Positions 59,470 to 64,000 of a DNA stretch of 64,000 nucleotides are shown here, piece by piece. How positions within the stretch are numbered: position 1 is the stretch's first letter; each line of letters begins with the position of its first letter. This DNA is from Candidatus Omnitrophota bacterium (GTDB lineage Bacteria; Omnitrophota; Gorgyraeia; Gygaellales; Profunditerraquicolaceae). A program made the position numbers and the translations under genes. The notes beneath the pieces are model-generated. The model saw only the letters and a program-made list of their open reading frames with translations, had not been told where the DNA came from and searched no databases. The DNA is taken from positions 10,133 to 74,132 of the forward strand of contig QZKH01000002.1 in the NCBI GenBank assembly GCA_003598025.1. The letters run 5' to 3'.

Positions 59470-59784
59470 ATGAGCCTTCCTTTATGGAAAGATTTGGAAG
59501 GGATGATGGAATTCCCCAGAGAAGGAGTTTTTAGCAAGGTTTTAGTTAAAACTCCCGAATCTAATCATACCCTGATGTGCCTTGCGCGGGGTAGCGATAT
59601 TTCAGAACATACATCTACGCGGGAAGCAGTGGTTACTGTATTAAAAGGCGAAGGTATTTTTATCCTTGAGGGTAAAGAAATAAAAATGAAGCCGGGAGTG
59701 TTTATATATATGCCGAAGAATGCCCCGCATTCATTAAGCGCAGATTCGGACTTAGCGATATTATTGAGTTTGTTTGGAAAATAA
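59470..59784 (+). CDS. Cupin-domain protein (possible TcmJ-like cyclase)
   Basis: EH..REA...LKGEG, PG....MPKNAPHSL. Confidence 0.75.
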   Translation: MSLPLWKDLEGMMEFPREGVFSKVLVKTPESNHTLMCLARGSDISEHTSTREAVVTVLKGEGIFILEGKEIKMKPGVFIYMPKNAPHSLSADSDLAILLSLFGK

Positions 59785-59809
59785 TTAGTTCATGGTTCAT
59801 GGTTTGCGG
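59785..59809 (+). repeat. Intergenic heptamer repeats
   Basis: TTAGTTCATGGTTCATGGTTTGCGG directly after the stop codon. Confidence 0.65.
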
Positions 59810-59837
59810 TCAGTAACCTTTATTACAGGAGGGATCC

Positions 59838-60278
59838 ATGGGGCACACATGTAATTCTATAGTTATCAATGCTCCTTACGAGCTGGTATTTGATATCTCT
59901 AATGATATCCCGAGATGGACAGAGTTATTCGGCGGCGAATACAAGAAGGCAGAAGTTGTAAAAAAAGAAGCAAATAAAATCATATTCCGCTTAACTGACG
60001 ATGAAGATAAGAGCTGGCAGTCGTGGAGGCTGTTATTTAAGGACAAATATTTTGCTTACGCAGAGCGCGAAGAACCGAAATTCCCTTTTAAGTTTATGAA
60101 AATAATCTGGCTTTATACGCCAAGGGGCAGGGGCGTTGAACTTACCTGGATACAGCATTTTGAAATGGATGAAAAAGCAAAATTTAACGACCAGCAGGTA
60201 GAAGGCTTTATTAATAAACATTCCAAAGATAACTTGGAGATTTTTAAGCGTATCATTGAAAAAGAAGCGGGCAAGTGA
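59838..60278 (+). CDS. Monodomain polyketide aromatase/cyclase (SRPBCC; TcmN/WhiE-VI-like)
   Basis: GHTCNSIVINAP..VFD..ND..RW.ELF, SWQSWR, PFKFMKIIW, WIQHF. Confidence 0.88.
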   Translation: MGHTCNSIVINAPYELVFDISNDIPRWTELFGGEYKKAEVVKKEANKIIFRLTDDEDKSWQSWRLLFKDKYFAYAEREEPKFPFKFMKIIWLYTPRGRGVELTWIQHFEMDEKAKFNDQQVEGFINKHSKDNLEIFKRIIEKEAGK

Positions 60279-61396
60279 AGAAACTGACTTTTTTCCTCCT
60301 TTGTCTGGAGGGTGCAGTGTTATCATTCAATGTGGCGGCAACCGCGGCGATCGTGCCGTCTGTTGCTAAAGATTTTGCTCTTTCTCAATTCTTAGCAGGT
60401 AAAATAGTCTGGCTCTATATGCTCCCTTATGGGCTGGCGGCACTTATTTACGGTCCTCTAGTCAGGCTCATCGATGCAAAAAAGATAGAGTTGTTCTGCC
60501 TTTTCTTTTTTTCGCTGGCAAATTTGCTCGCAGGCCTCTCCGGGAGTATATACATGCTTTTTGCCTGCAGGTTGATGATGGGGATTTTTGGCGCATCTGT
60601 TATACCATTGGCTTTAATACTCATTGCCAGGCATATTGAACCGGATAAACGAGGCAGGCTTATCGGTATTTTTTTTAGCGCAACCTTTATCGCTTCGCTT
60701 TTAGGCCTGCTTTTAAGCGCTGTTATTCCCTGGAGGATGATTTATATTATCCCCGCAATTTTAGGGTTTATTACATGGGGGATTGTTTATTTTTATTTAC
60801 CGAGCTTTAAAACGGACGTTTCAAAATTCCAGCTAAGTTATATTGCTGCCTTTAAGGACAAAGCAGTATTATTTATATTCCTTTATATATTTTTAGTGAG
60901 TTTTATTTACCATGGGATACAGCAGTGGCTGGGGGTATATTTCTCGACACAGTATTCGTTTACCCAGTTTGTGATAAGCATGCTTATCACGCTGACCAGT
61001 TTAAGCGGGATTTTTGGAGAAGTTATCGGCGGAAGGCTTGCAGATAAGCTTGGCAGAATAAAGACTATAGACATAGGCTTAATTCTGATGCTGATTATAG
61101 TTTTAGGGCTGATTGCCAGGACGAATTTATTTGTTTTGGCTTTACTTATGATTGCCTGGGGTTTTGGCTGGACTTTAAACCATGCAGGCCTGTCAACCGC
61201 CCTTACTGATTTACCGGATAAATTCTTAAATGAAGCTGCAAGCCTTAACAGCTCGGTCCGTTTTCTTTCAGGCGGCATAGGTGCAGCAGCCGGCGGCGCC
61301 CTGATGCAGAGAAGCTTTAATTTCGGTTTCATAGTCTTTGCTATCGGCCTTATAGCATTGCTTTTTTTAAGCAGGGAAATTATAATTTCAAAGTAG
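60275..61396 (+). CDS. MFS transporter
   Basis: About 12 TMs, GGRLADKLGR motif A. Confidence 0.9.
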   Translation: MKKLTFFLLCLEGAVLSFNVAATAAIVPSVAKDFALSQFLAGKIVWLYMLPYGLAALIYGPLVRLIDAKKIELFCLFFFSLANLLAGLSGSIYMLFACRLMMGIFGASVIPLALILIARHIEPDKRGRLIGIFFSATFIASLLGLLLSAVIPWRMIYIIPAILGFITWGIVYFYLPSFKTDVSKFQLSYIAAFKDKAVLFIFLYIFLVSFIYHGIQQWLGVYFSTQYSFTQFVISMLITLTSLSGIFGEVIGGRLADKLGRIKTIDIGLILMLIIVLGLIARTNLFVLALLMIAWGFGWTLNHAGLSTALTDLPDKFLNEAASLNSSVRFLSGGIGAAAGGALMQRSFNFGFIVFAIGLIALLFLSREIIISK

Positions 61397-61408
61397 AGGA
61401 GGTAACAG

Positions 61409-62182
61409 ATGTCAGATTTAAAGGGAAAAGTAGCAATTGTAACTGGGGCCAGCCGTGGCATAGGCAAGGCGCTTGCATCCACAGCAGCATCTTTGGGGAT
61501 AAACTTGGCTATTGCAGCAAGAAACGAAGCGCCCCTGAAAGAGACAGCAGAAGAATTGTCAAAAAAATATAAGGTTCAAATCTTGCCTGTTGCCTGTGAC
61601 GTTACAAAGCTTTCGGACCTTGAAAACCTGGTAAATAAAACAAAGTCTAAATTCGGTGGAATAGACATTCTTATTAATAATGCCGGAGTGTCGAGCCAAT
61701 ACCCTTTTGAGAAACAGCCGATCGAGGATTTTGAGAAGCTTGCGCATACCAATTATCTGGGTTATGTGCGCCTAATACGACTTGTGATAAATGATATGAT
61801 AAATAATAAATACGGAGCAATAATCAATATGGTTTCAGGCTCAACATTGGTTGACCCTGTTCCAAGAAGCTTTATAGTCTACAGTTCATTAAAAGTCGGT
61901 TTGCGTGCTTTTTCAAAAGGTCTGTTTTGGGAGCTGCGTGATTACGGGATCAAAGTCACTTCAATATTACCGGGAGTGACCGATACTGATTTAACCGGTA
62001 AATTGGATAATATAACGGGGGACACATCGCGCCTTATGACAACAGAGGCTATTGAAAATGCCCTTAAATTTGCTTTAACTGTTCCGGCAAATGTATGTCC
62101 GCTGGAAATTTCAGTTATTAACCAGCAGACGCCGTGGGTTAAGCCGGTGATTCCGTTTAAGCAGGAGCATCCGAACAAATAG
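61409..62182 (+). CDS. SDR oxidoreductase (putative ketoreductase)
   Basis: TGASRGIG, NNAG, YSSLK, PGVTDT. Confidence 0.9.
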   Translation: MSDLKGKVAIVTGASRGIGKALASTAASLGINLAIAARNEAPLKETAEELSKKYKVQILPVACDVTKLSDLENLVNKTKSKFGGIDILINNAGVSSQYPFEKQPIEDFEKLAHTNYLGYVRLIRLVINDMINNKYGAIINMVSGSTLVDPVPRSFIVYSSLKVGLRAFSKGLFWELRDYGIKVTSILPGVTDTDLTGKLDNITGDTSRLMTTEAIENALKFALTVPANVCPLEISVINQQTPWVKPVIPFKQEHPNK

Positions 62183-62187
62183 AATTA

Positions 62188-62214
62188 GTTTACAGTGCAC
62201 AGCGCACTGTAAAC
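62188..62214. repeat. Hairpin built from heptamer units
   Basis: GTTTACAGTGC-ACAGC-GCACTGTAAAC perfect 11-bp stem. Confidence 0.7.
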
Positions 62215-62231
62215 AGAAAAAGGAGAAGAAG

Positions 62232-62831
62232 ATGAAAAAAACAATATTGTTTGCTGTGGCGTTTGCCGTGTTTTTTACAGGGATTTCTTACGCGGAAAGC
62301 TTGTTGATCGATGATTTTGAGGGTGTTATTTCCGGCGGGGCGCAAGGTACGGTTGATTTTGGTTCAGGCAACGGTTCAAGCCTGAATGTAAGCGCTTCCA
62401 CAGGCACAAAGTATTCTGGTAACCAATCTTTAGAGCTTAAATATGATGCGATTAGCGGTGGATATATGTGGGCTGCCCGCGGTTCCAGTTTAGACGCAGC
62501 TGGCGCCGGATGGTTGATTAAACCCGAAGATATTGAATGGGGTGGTTACAGCAAAATAAGTTTTTATATGTTCGGCAGCAATTCCGGGGCAATGGTTGCT
62601 TTTGATATAAAGGATAGCGGCAGTGAAATCTGGAGATTCCTGATTGAAGATAATTTTACAGGCTGGAAGCAGATAGTCTGCGAGTTTAATAAGTTTATGG
62701 CAAGGGATGATTGGCAGCCGCAGGATGCAGATAATAACTTGGAGCTTGATTTTCCTCTAAAGAGCTTTCAGTTTGAGGTTTTGCCTGAAGCAAAAGGCAC
62801 GGTCTATTTTGATAAGGTTGAGCTGGAATAA
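62232..62831 (+). CDS. Secreted carbohydrate-binding (CBM11-like) beta-sandwich protein
   Basis: Signal peptide; LIDDFE, W.GY..ISF, DNFTGWKQI, GTVYFD.VEL. Confidence 0.65.
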   Translation: MKKTILFAVAFAVFFTGISYAESLLIDDFEGVISGGAQGTVDFGSGNGSSLNVSASTGTKYSGNQSLELKYDAISGGYMWAARGSSLDAAGAGWLIKPEDIEWGGYSKISFYMFGSNSGAMVAFDIKDSGSEIWRFLIEDNFTGWKQIVCEFNKFMARDDWQPQDADNNLELDFPLKSFQFEVLPEAKGTVYFDKVELE

Positions 62832-62905
62832 ATAATAATGGGGGGCACTTCTCTGGTCAATGAGAGAAACGGTCCCTGATGAGTTGAAGAAACGGACCTA
62901 AAGAT

Positions 62906-63298
62906 ATGGATAAGAAGGATATTCGTAATTTGAAAAAAAGGTATCTTATCTGGTTTTATAAAATGGCTAAAGAAGCCTTAGATAAGGTGGAGAGGAAGTT
63001 TACCCAGCTTGAGGTTGACGGTATCGTTCTTAGAGAGTTAAAGATGCTGGACAAGGGCAGAATGGTCCAAACTAAGATCGCTGAGTTTGAAAAATACATT
63101 GATAATAAGAAGAAGGACGGGATAGGCCTTAAATACAACGGCAAGGAATTGCGGGATGAGTATTTATATCTGGTTTTAAGGTTAAAGGCTGTAGAAAAAA
63201 CAATAGTAATAGAGTTGGGCAAGAAGGCCCTTAGCGAAATAAAAAGCTTATATGAAGACGAAATGACTGAACGCATCATAAAAAGCACAGAGCATTAA
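62906..63298 (+). CDS. Hypothetical helical protein
   Basis: 130-aa ORF closely coupled to the next gene; no recognised motif. Confidence 0.65.
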   Translation: MDKKDIRNLKKRYLIWFYKMAKEALDKVERKFTQLEVDGIVLRELKMLDKGRMVQTKIAEFEKYIDNKKKDGIGLKYNGKELRDEYLYLVLRLKAVEKTIVIELGKKALSEIKSLYEDEMTERIIKSTEH

Positions 63299-63299
63299 T

Positions 63300-64000
63300 A
63301 TGATTATCGACGCACACAGCCACTGGTTGCCGGAAGAGATTATAAACAACGCCCATTTTTTCCATAAGGGATGGGGCGATATTGAATCCCAGCTTAAGAT
63401 GATGGATGAAGCGGGGATTAAGAAGTCAGTGCTTACATATCCTACCTCTGATGCTCATCTTAAGCTTGGCAGCATCAGCGAGGTAGCGCATATCTATAAT
63501 GATAATGTAGGTAAGATCATTAAGAGATATCCGGGAAGATTTATCGGCGCAGCGATATTGCCCGTCGACAACAGCCAGGATACCCTTGATGAATTAAAGC
63601 GCGCCAGGGAAAAACTTGGGTTTAGAGCGATTTCATTGGCTTCAAGTTATAACGGCCATTATTTGGATGAAAGTATATTCATCCCGGTTTATAAGACAGC
63701 GCAAAAAGAAAATATTCCTATCTTTATTCATTCCCAGATTGTGCATCCTATCGGGTTTGAGAGAGTAAATGACCCGCTCCTTACCCCGGTAATAGAATAT
63801 GTCTTTGATTCCACGATATCTGTCGGTAAATTACTTATGTCAGGTATTTTAAAGGATTTTGCGGATGTAAAATTTATCTTCGCGCATTTTGCCGGAGTAA
63901 TACCGTTTTTAAAACATCGTTTTGACACGACTTATGCTATGCTGCGCGGTATGGATTTCGTCAAAGATTTAGGGAGCGCACCTTCAGAATTGCTTAGAAA
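63300..64000 (+). CDS. Amidohydrolase-superfamily protein (ACMSD/aromatic-acid decarboxylase-like), 3'-partial
   Basis: Missing from the ORF track because it runs off the window: MIIDAHSHWLPE..., YPGRFIGAA, PIFIH, FAHFAGVIPF. Confidence 0.85.
   Translation, partial: MIIDAHSHWLPEEIINNAHFFHKGWGDIESQLKMMDEAGIKKSVLTYPTSDAHLKLGSISEVAHIYNDNVGKIIKRYPGRFIGAAILPVDNSQDTLDELKRAREKLGFRAISLASSYNGHYLDESIFIPVYKTAQKENIPIFIHSQIVHPIGFERVNDPLLTPVIEYVFDSTISVGKLLMSGILKDFADVKFIFAHFAGVIPFLKHRFDTTYAMLRGMDFVKDLGSAPSELLR

Noticed and set aside
62876-62893. Hammerhead-ribozyme-like core CTGATGAG...GAAAC
   Set aside because: Stem II cannot form (GUUGAA has no closing pair), and I found no NUH site with compatible stems I and III
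1-64000. CRISPR arrays, tRNA/rRNA, IS elements, prophage
   Set aside because: No regularly spaced repeats, cloverleafs, transposase or integrase seen by eye; intergenic gaps are short

Overview
Gene-dense, low-GC bacterial chromosome segment with all but one gene on the + strand. Gene content and style suggest an anaerobic diderm such as Ca. Omnitrophota (PVC); this is an inference, not proven. From left to right: a surface-glycan glycosyltransferase cluster; a long coupled run (tRNA-binding protein, FAD oxidoreductase, YkgJ, DUF2156, DEDDh-WYL exonuclease, pabB/pabC-like, N-terminally truncated hypF, hypC, hypD, transglutaminase-like lipoprotein, PilZ-TM-coiled-coil-(alpha/alpha)6 enzyme, Nth-like, beta-barrel, M20, PAC2, HAD, hypE); two Ddl-like ATP-grasp ligases plus lysine 2,3-aminomutase behind a leader with a terminator hairpin; EF-G2 plus a P-loop-less mini-YchF, purH, folC, mnmE, folE; a c-di-GMP island; comM; a PadR/MarR-TolC-MFP-RND efflux locus; dusB. 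The most notable element runs from about 52.4 kb off the right edge: a type II (aromatic) polyketide synthase cluster (KS-alpha, CLF, ACP, aromatase, two cyclase-type proteins, SDR, MFS, amidohydrolase) with a B12-dependent radical SAM enzyme inside the minimal PKS and no oxygenase in the window. A dispersed family of degenerate tandem heptamer repeats occurs between genes and as in-frame insertions in mnmE and folC. No rRNA, tRNA, CRISPR array, integrase or transposase was recognised.
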